NCBI GenBank assembly: GCA_965223505.1
Contig: CBDCWP010000024.1
Span: 64,001-128,000, forward strand
Direction of reading: 5' to 3'
Length of the DNA stretch: 64,000 nt
From: Planctomycetota bacterium
GTDB lineage: Bacteria > Planctomycetota > PLA2 > JAEUHO01
Under the pieces are notes generated by a model. The model searched no databases and was not told the DNA's origin. It worked only from the letters and a program-made list of their open reading frames with translations. Position 1 is the stretch's first letter. Each line of letters opens with the position of its first letter. The position numbers and the translations under genes are program-made. Shown one piece after another: positions 27,529 to 36,955 of the stretch.

Positions 27529-29469
27529 GTGAAGTCCACTCAACCCCGCGCATACCTACATTCCCGCATCGCGGCTGGACTCGTGCTCGCGGCCTCGTTC
27601 GCCGTCTTGATGTCGCTCGCCGCGCCGACGCAGGCGGAAGAGACCGGCACCGCGGCCAAGACGCCCGGCGCGATCAGCGCGCAGATCGACACGCTGATCG
27701 AAGCCCGCCTCGCGGAAGAAGAGGTCGCGGCGGCCGGACGGACGACCGACACGGAGTTCCTGCGGCGTCTGTATCTCGACGTGCTCGGGACGGTTCCCAC
27801 GCCCGAGGAGGTGGAGACGTTCGCGAGCGAGAGCGGCGCCGACAAGCGCGCGAAGAAGATCGAGGCGCTGCTCGCGAGCGAGGCCTACGGCGAGCACTGG
27901 GGCGTGGAGTGGTACAAGACCCTGACCGGCATGAGTCCGGCCTCGCGCATACGCGGCCAGGGCCAAGGCGCACGCTACCTCCAGCCCGCCAAGGACACCT
28001 TCCTCGCGTGGCTCAAGGACGAGATGGCGGCGAACCGGCCGTACAACGAGTTCGCCGAGGCGCTCCTCACGGCCACGGGCCGCACCGACGAGAACGGCGC
28101 GACCGGCTTCTACGCGCGCTGGGCCGAGAACGTCAACAACCTCGCCGGCGCGACCGCGAGGGTGTTTCTCGGCACCCGCATCCAGTGCGCGCAGTGCCAC
28201 GACCACATCTACGAAGAGAGCTGGAAGCAGAAGGACTTCATCGGCATGGCCGCGTTCTTCGCGACGGTGCGCAACGACCGCACGCCGGAGCAGATCGAGT
28301 ACCAGCGCCTCCAGCGCAAGATCCGAGCGGCGGATGTGAAGGGTCGAAACGCCCCTGAGGGCGCACCCGACATCGGCCGCAAGCGAGACAAGGACGGCAA
28401 GTCCGGCGGCGACATGGACATGGACGGGGAGATGGGTGGAGAGATGGAAGGGGACGCCGCGGTGGGCGGCGTCACAGCCGCGGAGCGCAGGCGCTTCCGC
28501 GAGCTGGCACGCAAGCGCAACATCATCAACGTGAAGGACGGATACATGAACCCGCGGCAGCTCGAGCGCGCGAAGCAGCAGCTCGAGCGCCGCAAGGCGC
28601 GCGCGAAGGGCAACAACCAGAACGCCGAGCGCCTGTACCAGCGGCTCGAGCTGATGTCGACGACGCCGAAGTTCTGGATGGCGTCGGAGGCCACGGACCT
28701 GCCTGGCATTCCGCGCCGCATGCTCCTGGGTCGCTGGATCACGTCGAACGAGAACACCCTCTTCGCCAAGGCGGTCGTCAACCGCTACTGGGGGCACTTC
28801 TTCGGCCGCGGCATCGTGAACCCCGTCGACGACTTCAACAGCTTCAACGATCCGTCGCACCCGGAGATCCTGGACCTTCTGGCGAAGGACTTCGTCGCAA
28901 ACGGGTTCGACCTCAAGCGGTTGATCCGGATCATCGTGAACACCGAGGCGTATCAGCGCACGTCGCGCTGGACCGGGGAAGAACAGCCGGACGCGGAGCT
29001 GTTCGCGGTGGCGCAGGTGCGACCGCTCAGCACCGAGCAGCTGTACCACTCGCTGGTGCGCGCGACGGGCCTGGAGCGCAGCCTCGCGCGCAGGAATCGC
29101 CGGCAGGGCGAACGCATGCAGCAGGCGATCTTCTCGGTCTTCTCGTTCATCTTCGATGACGACGAAGGCAAGGAGACCCAGGACTTCGAGGGCAGCATTC
29201 CTCAGGGCTTGTTCCTATTGAACGGCGAGCTGCTCCAGCGCGCCGTCTCGGCGCAACGCGGCATGCCGCTCGGCCAGCTGTTGAGTCGCGAGCGCACAGA
29301 CGGCAACGTCATCGATCACCTCTACTTGTCGGCGTACGGACGAAAGCCGGACAGCGAAGAGAAGAAGGCCGCCCTCGACTTCGTACGTGGCGGCGAGAGC
29401 ACCGAAGCGTCCTTCGAAGACCTCCTCTGGGCATTGCTGAACTCCGCCGAGTTCATGACGAACCACTAG
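27529..29469 (+). CDS. DUF1549/DUF1553 domain protein (planctomycete PSD)
   Basis: FLRRLYLD..G..PT, FLG.RIQCAQCHDH, VNRYW.HFFGRG.V.PVDD, WALLNS.EF..NH; AGGAG RBS before GTG. Confidence 0.93.
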   Translation: MKSTQPRAYLHSRIAAGLVLAASFAVLMSLAAPTQAEETGTAAKTPGAISAQIDTLIEARLAEEEVAAAGRTTDTEFLRRLYLDVLGTVPTPEEVETFASESGADKRAKKIEALLASEAYGEHWGVEWYKTLTGMSPASRIRGQGQGARYLQPAKDTFLAWLKDEMAANRPYNEFAEALLTATGRTDENGATGFYARWAENVNNLAGATARVFLGTRIQCAQCHDHIYEESWKQKDFIGMAAFFATVRNDRTPEQIEYQRLQRKIRAADVKGRNAPEGAPDIGRKRDKDGKSGGDMDMDGEMGGEMEGDAAVGGVTAAERRRFRELARKRNIINVKDGYMNPRQLERAKQQLERRKARAKGNNQNAERLYQRLELMSTTPKFWMASEATDLPGIPRRMLLGRWITSNENTLFAKAVVNRYWGHFFGRGIVNPVDDFNSFNDPSHPEILDLLAKDFVANGFDLKRLIRIIVNTEAYQRTSRWTGEEQPDAELFAVAQVRPLSTEQLYHSLVRATGLERSLARRNRRQGERMQQAIFSVFSFIFDDDEGKETQDFEGSIPQGLFLLNGELLQRAVSAQRGMPLGQLLSRERTDGNVIDHLYLSAYGRKPDSEEKKAALDFVRGGESTEASFEDLLWALLNSAEFMTNH

Positions 29470-29492
29470 GGCCCCAAGAACAGGAACCTGCC

Positions 29493-30839
29493 ATGTCACG
29501 TCGTACCAAGCATTCCGGCGTCTCCCGCCGCGACCTCCTTCGCTACGGGATCGCGACCGCCGCGTTGACACCCTTCGTCAGCCCGCTCGGCCGCGTGTTC
29601 GCCGACGAGTCGGCGGCCGTCAAGCTGCCCGGCAAGGGCAAGGCGAAGCAGGTCGTGTTGCTCTACATGAGCGGCGGCGCCAGTCACTTCGAGACGTTCG
29701 ATCCCAAGCCGGGAGCGTCCACGGGCGGCCCGACCAAGGCGATCTCGACGAACGTCTCCGGGATCCACATCGCGGACAGCCTGCCGCTGCTGGCCAAGCG
29801 CATGGACAAGATCTGTCTCGTGCGCGGCATGACGAGCAGGGAAGGCAACCACGAGCGCGCACGCTACCTCCTGCACACGGGCTATCCGCCGACGCCGACG
29901 GTCGTCCATGCCGGACTGGGCTCGATCCTCTCGCACGAGCTGGGGGATCCGTTCGCGGACCTGCCGAACTACATCAGCGTCAACGGCCCCGGCGCGCGTC
30001 CCGGCTACCTGGGCGTGAACCATGCGCCGTTCGCCATCCAGGTGCGGAGCACGGGCGCCGCAGCGCGAGACGGGCGCCGCGATCGCCGGATGCGTCCCGG
30101 CGGCGGCGCGACCGTGCAGAACCTGAACGCGCCCAAGAGGGTCGATTCGAAACGGCGCGACCGCCGGCTCGACTTCCTCGACAAGCTGAACAAGCGCTTC
30201 GGCAAGGACCACGCCGACGACGTGCCGCAGGCGCAAGGCGCCATGTTCGAGCGCGCGACGCGGCTGATGGACTCACCGAAGAACACCGCGTTCGACCTGA
30301 GCACGGAGTCGGCCAAGACGCGCGAAGCGTACGGCCAGACCGGCTTCGGCCAAGGATGCCTGATGGCGCGCCGATTGATCGACGAGGGCGTGACCTGCGT
30401 CGAGGTGACGAGCGGCGGCTGGGACACCCACGACGACAACTTCAACCGCGTGCGGAACCTCAATGGCGAGCTGGACCGCGGCGCGTCGGCGTTGCTCGAC
30501 GACCTGGCCAAGAGCGGCAAGCTCGACGAGACGCTCGTGATCTGGGTCGGCGACTTCGGTCGCACGCCGAACATCACGGCGTCCCAGGGCCGCGGCCACT
30601 ACCCGCGCGCGTGGTCGATGTGGATGGCCGGTGGTCCCGTGCAGGGCGGCCGGGTCATCGGCAAGACCGACGCCAGGGGTGCTGAGGTCGTCGAGAACCC
30701 GGTCACACCCAATGATCTGTTCGCGTCGATCGCCCACGCCACGGGCTTCGATCGCGACAAGCTGTTCCACTCGAACGGCCGGCCGATCACGCTGGTCTAC
30801 GAGGACGGCAAGGAAGTCGGCGATTTCTTCAACGCGTAG
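29493..30839 (+). CDS. DUF1501 domain protein, Tat-exported
   Basis: SRRDLL, GGASH.ETFDPKP, FGQGCL.ARRL, GGWDTH, GDFGRTP. Confidence 0.94.
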   Translation: MSRRTKHSGVSRRDLLRYGIATAALTPFVSPLGRVFADESAAVKLPGKGKAKQVVLLYMSGGASHFETFDPKPGASTGGPTKAISTNVSGIHIADSLPLLAKRMDKICLVRGMTSREGNHERARYLLHTGYPPTPTVVHAGLGSILSHELGDPFADLPNYISVNGPGARPGYLGVNHAPFAIQVRSTGAAARDGRRDRRMRPGGGATVQNLNAPKRVDSKRRDRRLDFLDKLNKRFGKDHADDVPQAQGAMFERATRLMDSPKNTAFDLSTESAKTREAYGQTGFGQGCLMARRLIDEGVTCVEVTSGGWDTHDDNFNRVRNLNGELDRGASALLDDLAKSGKLDETLVIWVGDFGRTPNITASQGRGHYPRAWSMWMAGGPVQGGRVIGKTDARGAEVVENPVTPNDLFASIAHATGFDRDKLFHSNGRPITLVYEDGKEVGDFFNA

Positions 30840-30880
30840 TCGGCCGGTGCTCGCCGTTTCGTGACGACGCATCGAAGCCG

Positions 30881-31318
30881 TCAGTCGTCGTGCTGCTGCC
30901 GGCGTTGGCGCTTCGTCGCGCCGCGCCGGCGCTTGTCTTCCAGCCGGCGCTCCTTCGACGCGCGCGTGGGCCGGGTCTTCTTGCGCGGCTTGGGGCGCTT
31001 GATCGACTCGCGCACGGTCTCGATCAGCTTCTCGAGCGCGTCGTCGGTGTTGCGCGACTGGTCGCGGTAGCGCTCGGAGGTCACCAGCAGCTCGCCCTCC
31101 TCGGTCAACCGGGACGCCAGACGCTTCTCGAGCAACGCGCGGTCGTCGTCATTGAGCGCCGTTGACGAGAGCGCGTTCCAGCGCAGGACGACCTTGCTCT
31201 CGGTCTTGTTCACGTGCTGTCCGCCCGGGCCGCCGGAGCGCGCAAAGGACATGGAAACCTCCGACGCGGGGATCTGCACCCGCTGCGTGACGTGGATGGT
31301 GGCGGGAAGACGCGGCAT
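30881..31318 (-). CDS. arfB: Alternative ribosome rescue peptidyl-tRNA hydrolase ArfB
   Basis: RSGGPGGQHVNK, R.Q..N, basic tail RKKTRPTRAS.ERRL..K. Confidence 0.93.
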   Translation of the reverse strand: MPRLPATIHVTQRVQIPASEVSMSFARSGGPGGQHVNKTESKVVLRWNALSSTALNDDDRALLEKRLASRLTEEGELLVTSERYRDQSRNTDDALEKLIETVRESIKRPKPRKKTRPTRASKERRLEDKRRRGATKRQRRQQHDD

Positions 31319-31351
31319 GAGCGAAGTGGGAAGTGTAGTGTGACGCCCGGC

Positions 31352-32092
31352 ATGCAGGACCTCAACGACCCCCGCCGGCTCGCGGCGCGCCGCAAGCTCA
31401 TCCGCCGCGGCGTCCCCGTCCTGTTCGAGGACAACCATCTCCTGTGCATCTCGAAGCCGGCAGGGCTGCTCTCGCAAGGCGGGCCCCAAGGGGAAGAGGC
31501 GCTCACCGACGTGCTCGACGGCTATCGCCGAGAGGCCGAGGACAAGCCGGGCAGGGCCTACATCGGCCTGGTGCACCGGCTCGATCGCAACGTGTCGGGC
31601 GCGATGGTGGTCGCCAAGACGTCGAAGGCGGCGGCACGACTGTCGGCGATGTTCCGCGACCGGAGCGACGACCTGCGCAAGACGTACCTGGCGTGGGTCG
31701 ACCACACACCCCGTGACGACGGCGCGACGCTCGTCCATCGGCTGCGGCGCGAGCGCGGCGTGACGATGCTCGCCGCCGAGGGCGACCCGGACGCCAGGGA
31801 GGCCCGCCTCGAGTACGTCGTCGAGGGTCGCAGCCACCGCGCGGGACGGTTGCGTGTGACGCTCCACACCGGCCTCCCCCACCAGATCCGGTGCCAGCTC
31901 AGTCTCGTGGGTCATCCGATCGTCGGCGATCTCAAGTACCAGGGCTCCGGGGGCAAGCGGCCCGGTCTGCACGCGGTCGGATTGTCGTTCCTGCATCCGG
32001 TCAAGAAGACCGTGGTCGAGCTGGCGGCGCCTGTGCCCGACGACCTGCGCAAGATGGACGCGCGCCTCGGGATCGATCCGCCCGTGGAATAG
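31352..32092 (+). CDS. RluA family pseudouridine synthase
   Basis: KPAGLL, VHRLDR..SG, K.YLA, TG..HQIR, HPIVGD.KY, LHA. Confidence 0.93.
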   Translation: MQDLNDPRRLAARRKLIRRGVPVLFEDNHLLCISKPAGLLSQGGPQGEEALTDVLDGYRREAEDKPGRAYIGLVHRLDRNVSGAMVVAKTSKAAARLSAMFRDRSDDLRKTYLAWVDHTPRDDGATLVHRLRRERGVTMLAAEGDPDAREARLEYVVEGRSHRAGRLRVTLHTGLPHQIRCQLSLVGHPIVGDLKYQGSGGKRPGLHAVGLSFLHPVKKTVVELAAPVPDDLRKMDARLGIDPPVE

Positions 32093-32124
32093 CGCCGGCG
32101 CCCGATCGTCATAGGGTGGTGTCC

Positions 32125-34197
32125 GTGACCTGGCTCAAGCGCATCGGCAAGATCGGCGGCGCCCTGCTCCTGCTGCCGTTGGTCGGCATCGGCGTGCACT
32201 ACGCCGTGAAGCACTTCACGCACGCGGCGCCGCGCGGTCCGGCCTACGGCGGGATGACGGTCACCGAGTGGATCGGCGAGCTCGAGCGCCCCGTCGAGGA
32301 GAGTGGCGAGGGCTGGGGGCACGTCCGCGAGTACCTGGAGCAGCCGGATCGCAAGACGGCGAAGAAGGTGCTCGAGGTCATGGGACCCGCGGCCGTTCCG
32401 TACCTCGTCGAGGCGCTGGACGACGAGCGCACGAGCGTGCGCCGGAGCGCAGCGAGAACGCTCGCGAAGCTCGGCCCGGATGCGCACGCCGCGATTCCCA
32501 AGCTCACCGAGCTCCTCCGAACCGACGAGCCGATTCGGGACCGTGTTGCCTACACGCTCAAGGATCTGGGCGAGCCGGGGATCGACGCACTGGTCGATGC
32601 CCTGGAGTTCGAGGCGTCGAGGGACTCCGCACTGAACGCGCTCTCGCTGGCGCCGATGATCCCCGATCGCGGCGTGGCGGTCATCCTCCGGCTACCGGAA
32701 GAAGTCGAAGTTCCGTCCCCGGTTCTGTTCCGAGCGCTCACGTACGAGAGCGTCCCGCACGAACGTGCCGTCGCAGTTGCCGTGCGATGCCTGGAACGGA
32801 ACGACCGGCGCAACGACGCGGCTGCCGTTCTCGCGAACCTGCACGCGGAGAAGATCGAGGTGCCGGTGGAACGGGTCGCGCAGGTTCTCGCGGAGGTCCT
32901 TCGTGAGCGCGACGACGGTCAGGCCGTCTTCGCACTGGGGCGGCTCGGAACGCACGCGGCGCCGGCGGTACCAGAGCTGGTCAAGCTCGTCGACCATCAG
33001 GCCTGGCACATCTCGAGCTGGGCGCAGCAAGCCCTGCGAGGCGTCGGACCGGCCGTGGCGCCGTACGAGGCGGTGTTCCTCGAACGCGCGAGAAAGAGCG
33101 ACGTGCGAGCTCGTGGGATGGCGCTCAGCGTGCTCGGAACCATGGGACCCGAAGCGGAGAACGCGCTCTACGCGCTCCTGGGCGCACTCGAAGATCCCGT
33201 GCTCGACGTGCGCATGACCGCGTCCCAGGCCTTGGGAGGTCGACCGGATGCAGCCGACGTCGTCATCCCCGCCCTCGTGCGTGCCATCGAGCAGCCCGAC
33301 CTCGGAGGCCATGCGGCGCGGGCGCTCGCCGAGCTGGGGAAGCGCGCACCCGCTGCGAGCGAAGAGCTGCAGCGAGTCCTCACGCGGCATCCTGAGGCCG
33401 AGGTGCGCCAACGCATCGTCGGCGCGATCATGGGACAAGAGCACACGTCGGTCTACGTCGCGGCCGTGCGAGACGCCGACGAGAAGATCCGGCGAATCGC
33501 GGCCTCACGGCTGAGCCGGCACCCGGACCCGCAGCTGATACCGCTGTACATCGAGCTTCTCGAGGACCCTGCGACTCGGTTCCAGGCGATGTCGACGCTC
33601 GGCGACCTGGGCGAACCGGCGCGAATCGCCGTCAATAGACTCGAAGCGATGCGAGATGACGTTGGAAACGAATCGAAGACGCGCGTTCGCGCAGCGGTCG
33701 CCGTGCTACGGGTCGATCCCGAGCGTGCGAACGCGGCGCAGGCCCTCGTGGCGTTCATCGACACGAACGACCCTACCGTGCGCGTCCTCGCCGTCCACGC
33801 GTGCTGGCGCCTCGATCTGCTTCCGGACGCGGTGGTCGCGGCACTTCGAAATGCGGCGAGAGGGGACTGGGGTTCGGAGTACGCGGTCATTCAGTTGATC
33901 GAATCCGGCGCGGCGAACGAACACGAGCTGCTCGCTTTCCTGGATCAGCTCGGCCGCCCGCGTGATCCAACGGGCAGTCAGATCGCCGTCGATCAATGTC
34001 GTGACGATCTGGTTCAGCTCGCGCGACGCGGGTCGTTCGACCCGGTTCCCGTCCTCGAGCGAGAGCTTGCTCGGCTCGACCGGCCTCTCGACGTCTTGCT
34101 CGTCGCGCGGCGCGCCGTCACCGAGATTCGTTGGGAGCGGTTGTACGGCGAGGGATGGCGCGAACCGACGGAGCGTCCCCGTCGCGGGCGGCGCTGA
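32125..34197 (+). CDS. Membrane-anchored HEAT (PBS lyase) repeat protein
   Basis: N-terminal TM helix; many AVP.L..AL.D...VR..AA..LG repeats; start inferred from TAGGGT-N7-GTG. Confidence 0.8.
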   Translation: MTWLKRIGKIGGALLLLPLVGIGVHYAVKHFTHAAPRGPAYGGMTVTEWIGELERPVEESGEGWGHVREYLEQPDRKTAKKVLEVMGPAAVPYLVEALDDERTSVRRSAARTLAKLGPDAHAAIPKLTELLRTDEPIRDRVAYTLKDLGEPGIDALVDALEFEASRDSALNALSLAPMIPDRGVAVILRLPEEVEVPSPVLFRALTYESVPHERAVAVAVRCLERNDRRNDAAAVLANLHAEKIEVPVERVAQVLAEVLRERDDGQAVFALGRLGTHAAPAVPELVKLVDHQAWHISSWAQQALRGVGPAVAPYEAVFLERARKSDVRARGMALSVLGTMGPEAENALYALLGALEDPVLDVRMTASQALGGRPDAADVVIPALVRAIEQPDLGGHAARALAELGKRAPAASEELQRVLTRHPEAEVRQRIVGAIMGQEHTSVYVAAVRDADEKIRRIAASRLSRHPDPQLIPLYIELLEDPATRFQAMSTLGDLGEPARIAVNRLEAMRDDVGNESKTRVRAAVAVLRVDPERANAAQALVAFIDTNDPTVRVLAVHACWRLDLLPDAVVAALRNAARGDWGSEYAVIQLIESGAANEHELLAFLDQLGRPRDPTGSQIAVDQCRDDLVQLARRGSFDPVPVLERELARLDRPLDVLLVARRAVTEIRWERLYGEGWREPTERPRRGRR

Positions 34198-34218
34198 CGC
34201 ACGCCGACCCGCGCGCGG

Positions 34219-35043
34219 TCACAGATCGAAGCTGTCGCCTTCCCGGGCGACCCCGAAGCCGTCGGGAAGTGTCGTGCTCATGCCCGGGCGCAACAGCAGA
34301 TTCGTGTGGTTGATGTGGATGAAGCGCACGTCGCCCTTCGCGTTCGCCAGCTGCTTCACGCTCTCCTGCACGAACGGATGCTTGACCGTCAGGATCTCGC
34401 GGTGCGGCAGCTCGTCGCGTCCGTAGAACGTCCCGTCCACGAGCGCCACGTCCGCTTCGCACACGCGCTCGATCAACGAGGGCGAGAACGTGTCCGTGTC
34501 CGGCATGTAGATCAGCGTTCGGTCGCGCCCGGTGAGCTCGAGCCCGATCGTGTCCGAGTCTTCGGCCCGATGCGGGGTGAGGAACACGTTGATCGTCACA
34601 CCGCCGAACTCAATCGGACTGCCGGGCGCCACCGTTTCGATCTCGATCTCGTTGCGGTCCACCAGATGCGACCAGGGTCGGTTCGACCGCAGAAACGCCG
34701 CCATGCTCGGCGTGCAACGGACCGGCACCCGATCGGCGCTGACGACCTCGCGCCCGAGCAGCGCCAGCCCGAGATAGTGCCCGATGTGCGCGTGCGTGAG
34801 AACGAGCTCGTCCACGCTGGGTGACGGCCGGCCGGCGGCCTTGGACAGTGCCGCCATCTGCTCGCCGAAGTCCGGCGTCGCGTCCACCATCAGGCACTCG
34901 CCTCGATCCCCGACCACGCCGATGCAGGCCACGCGCCGGCGCAGCGAGGGATCGTCACGGGCAGCGGCACACGACGCACAGCCGCAGCCGGCGTGCGGGA
35001 ACCCCCCGTCTTGCGCAGTGCCGAGGACGTGAACGGTAGGCAC
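34219..35043 (-). CDS. MBL-fold metallohydrolase, PqqB-like
   Basis: LGTAQDGG.PH.GC.C..C, DATPD, THAHIGHY.GL, PHR, DGTF, H.NHTN. Confidence 0.85.
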   Translation of the reverse strand: MPTVHVLGTAQDGGFPHAGCGCASCAAARDDPSLRRRVACIGVVGDRGECLMVDATPDFGEQMAALSKAAGRPSPSVDELVLTHAHIGHYLGLALLGREVVSADRVPVRCTPSMAAFLRSNRPWSHLVDRNEIEIETVAPGSPIEFGGVTINVFLTPHRAEDSDTIGLELTGRDRTLIYMPDTDTFSPSLIERVCEADVALVDGTFYGRDELPHREILTVKHPFVQESVKQLANAKGDVRFIHINHTNLLLRPGMSTTLPDGFGVAREGDSFDL

Positions 35044-35106
35044 GCGGCGATCTTAGAACGCGTCCATCCCTTCTCGACGGGGCAAACCGAGGTCGTTAGC
35101 GAATCT

Positions 35107-36087
35107 TCATTGTTCGGGGCACGGGCCTCCCGCGACCCCGTCGGACTCGAGATAGGGGTACGGGTCGGCGTGGACGTGCACCTCGGCGCCTTCGACCGCG
35201 CCGGCCACCGCCGCACGCACCTCCTCGGACAATCGATGCGCCTTGACGAAGGACAGGTCGCGGTCGAACGACACGTGCAGCTCGACGAAGCAGGTCGGCC
35301 CGGAGCGCCGGGTACGGAAGCGGTGCACCTCCTTGGCGTCGGGGACCTGCTCTCGAATCGCTGCGAGGATGCGTTGCTGCTCTTCGTCCGGAAGACCGGT
35401 GTCCATCAGCTCCGCGACCGCGTGCCGCATCACCTTGAGCGCCGCGTGCAAGACGATCAGCGAGACGAAGCACGCGACCGCGCCGTCGATCCACGTCCAT
35501 TCGGTCAGCTGGATCACGACGAGCGCGACCAACACACCGAGGTTCATCCAAACGTCGCTGGTGTAGTGCGCGGCGTCGGCCTTCAAGGCGACCGATTGCG
35601 TCTTCTTCGCGGTGCGCGTGAGCAGCCAGCCGATCCAGGCGCTGCCCACGAGCGAGAGCACCATGACGCCGATGCCGACCTCGGTGAACGCGATCGGCGC
35701 CTCCTGGGTGATGAGCCGGCGGGTGCCCTCGAACAGCAGGAACAGGCCCGTGAATCCGACGACAATGCCCTGGACGAGACCCGCCAGACCTTCGGCCTTT
35801 CCGTGCCCGTAGCGATGCTCTTCGTCGGCCGGCCGGCCGGCGAAGCGAACGGCGAACATGTTCACCGTCGACGCGATGAGGTCCATGAACGAGTCCATGA
35901 GCGCCGCCGCGATGCTCAGCGAGCCGGTCATCACGACGGCGCCGAGCTTCGAGAGGCCCAGCACCGCCGCGGTGAGGACGCTGAGCCGCGCGACGCGCAG
36001 GTTCAGTCCCGCGTGCACGTTGACGAGCTCCGGATCCGCGCCCAGTCCCGGCGCCGGCCCGCTGTGGTGGTGGTGATGGAGGCCCAT
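35107..36087 (-). CDS. Cation diffusion facilitator transporter (FieF-like) with His5 N-terminus
   Basis: DS..D, PADEEHRYGHGKAE, ADAAHY.SD, RTRRSG, VHADP. Confidence 0.92.
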   Translation of the reverse strand: MGLHHHHHSGPAPGLGADPELVNVHAGLNLRVARLSVLTAAVLGLSKLGAVVMTGSLSIAAALMDSFMDLIASTVNMFAVRFAGRPADEEHRYGHGKAEGLAGLVQGIVVGFTGLFLLFEGTRRLITQEAPIAFTEVGIGVMVLSLVGSAWIGWLLTRTAKKTQSVALKADAAHYTSDVWMNLGVLVALVVIQLTEWTWIDGAVACFVSLIVLHAALKVMRHAVAELMDTGLPDEEQQRILAAIREQVPDAKEVHRFRTRRSGPTCFVELHVSFDRDLSFVKAHRLSEEVRAAVAGAVEGAEVHVHADPYPYLESDGVAGGPCPEQ

Positions 36088-36098
36088 CGGGCCCCATC

Positions 36099-36920
36099 TT
36101 AGTCGTGCGAGTGACTGTGACCGGCGCCGCCGCCGCAGTGGGAGCAGTGCGAGTGGGCGATGTCGAGCTCGTGCACCAGCCAGATGAGACCGATGCCGGC
36201 CGCCAACGCGAGACCGCTCAGCATCAGCGCCATGCCCTTGGCGCCCCGGCGAAGCGCCGGCACCAGATCCGAGCAGGCGATGTAGATGAATCCACCGGCC
36301 GCCACGGGAACGAGAACGTGCTCCACGCCGAGCTCGTCCGGGACGAGCAACACGAGCATCGCGCCGGCAACCGCGGTCAGTCCGGACAAGAGGTTGAAGA
36401 ACGCCGCCTTCTTCACGGAGAAACCGGCGTGAAGCAGCACGCCGAAGTCGCCGAACTCCTGCGGGATCTCGTGCAGCAAGACGGCGATCGTGGTGGCGAC
36501 GCCGGTCTCCGGGCTCACGCGCCACGCGGCGGCGATCAGGATGCCGTCGATGAAGTTGTGCAAGCCGTCGCCGATGAGGTTCATCCAGCCGTAGCTGTGA
36601 ACGCCCTCAGGACCGTGGTCGTGCACGTCTTCGCCGTGGTGGTGCCAGTGCAGCAGGTTCTCGATGAGGAAGAAACCCACCAAGCCGCCCAGCACCGACC
36701 ACGTGATCGTCTGGGAAAACTGGCCGCCGTTCTGCGCGACGGCCTGCGGCAGAAGATGCAGGAACGTGTCGCCGAGCAACGCCCCGGCGGCGACGGCGAC
36801 CAGGATCGGCAGCCCGGCCTTGATGCGCTTGCTCTTCAGAAAGAGCAGCACCGCGCCGATCAGGGAGACCAGTGAGATCCCGACGACGGACAGCAGAACG
36901 TGGAGGGTTTCGGGGGGCAT
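36099..36920 (-). CDS. ZIP family metal transporter
   Basis: HLLP, His-rich loop, GDGLHNFIDG, HEIPQE.GDFG, FIYIA..DL.P; His-rich C-tail. Confidence 0.93.
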   Translation of the reverse strand: MPPETLHVLLSVVGISLVSLIGAVLLFLKSKRIKAGLPILVAVAAGALLGDTFLHLLPQAVAQNGGQFSQTITWSVLGGLVGFFLIENLLHWHHHGEDVHDHGPEGVHSYGWMNLIGDGLHNFIDGILIAAAWRVSPETGVATTIAVLLHEIPQEFGDFGVLLHAGFSVKKAAFFNLLSGLTAVAGAMLVLLVPDELGVEHVLVPVAAGGFIYIACSDLVPALRRGAKGMALMLSGLALAAGIGLIWLVHELDIAHSHCSHCGGGAGHSHSHD

Positions 36921-36955
36921 GGGGCGTCAGGTTGTAGCCCGGATCCAACGAGCCA

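Noticed and set aside
34219..35043. PQQ biosynthesis cluster
   Set aside because: Only a PqqB-like hydrolase is present; no pqqA/C/D/E in the window.
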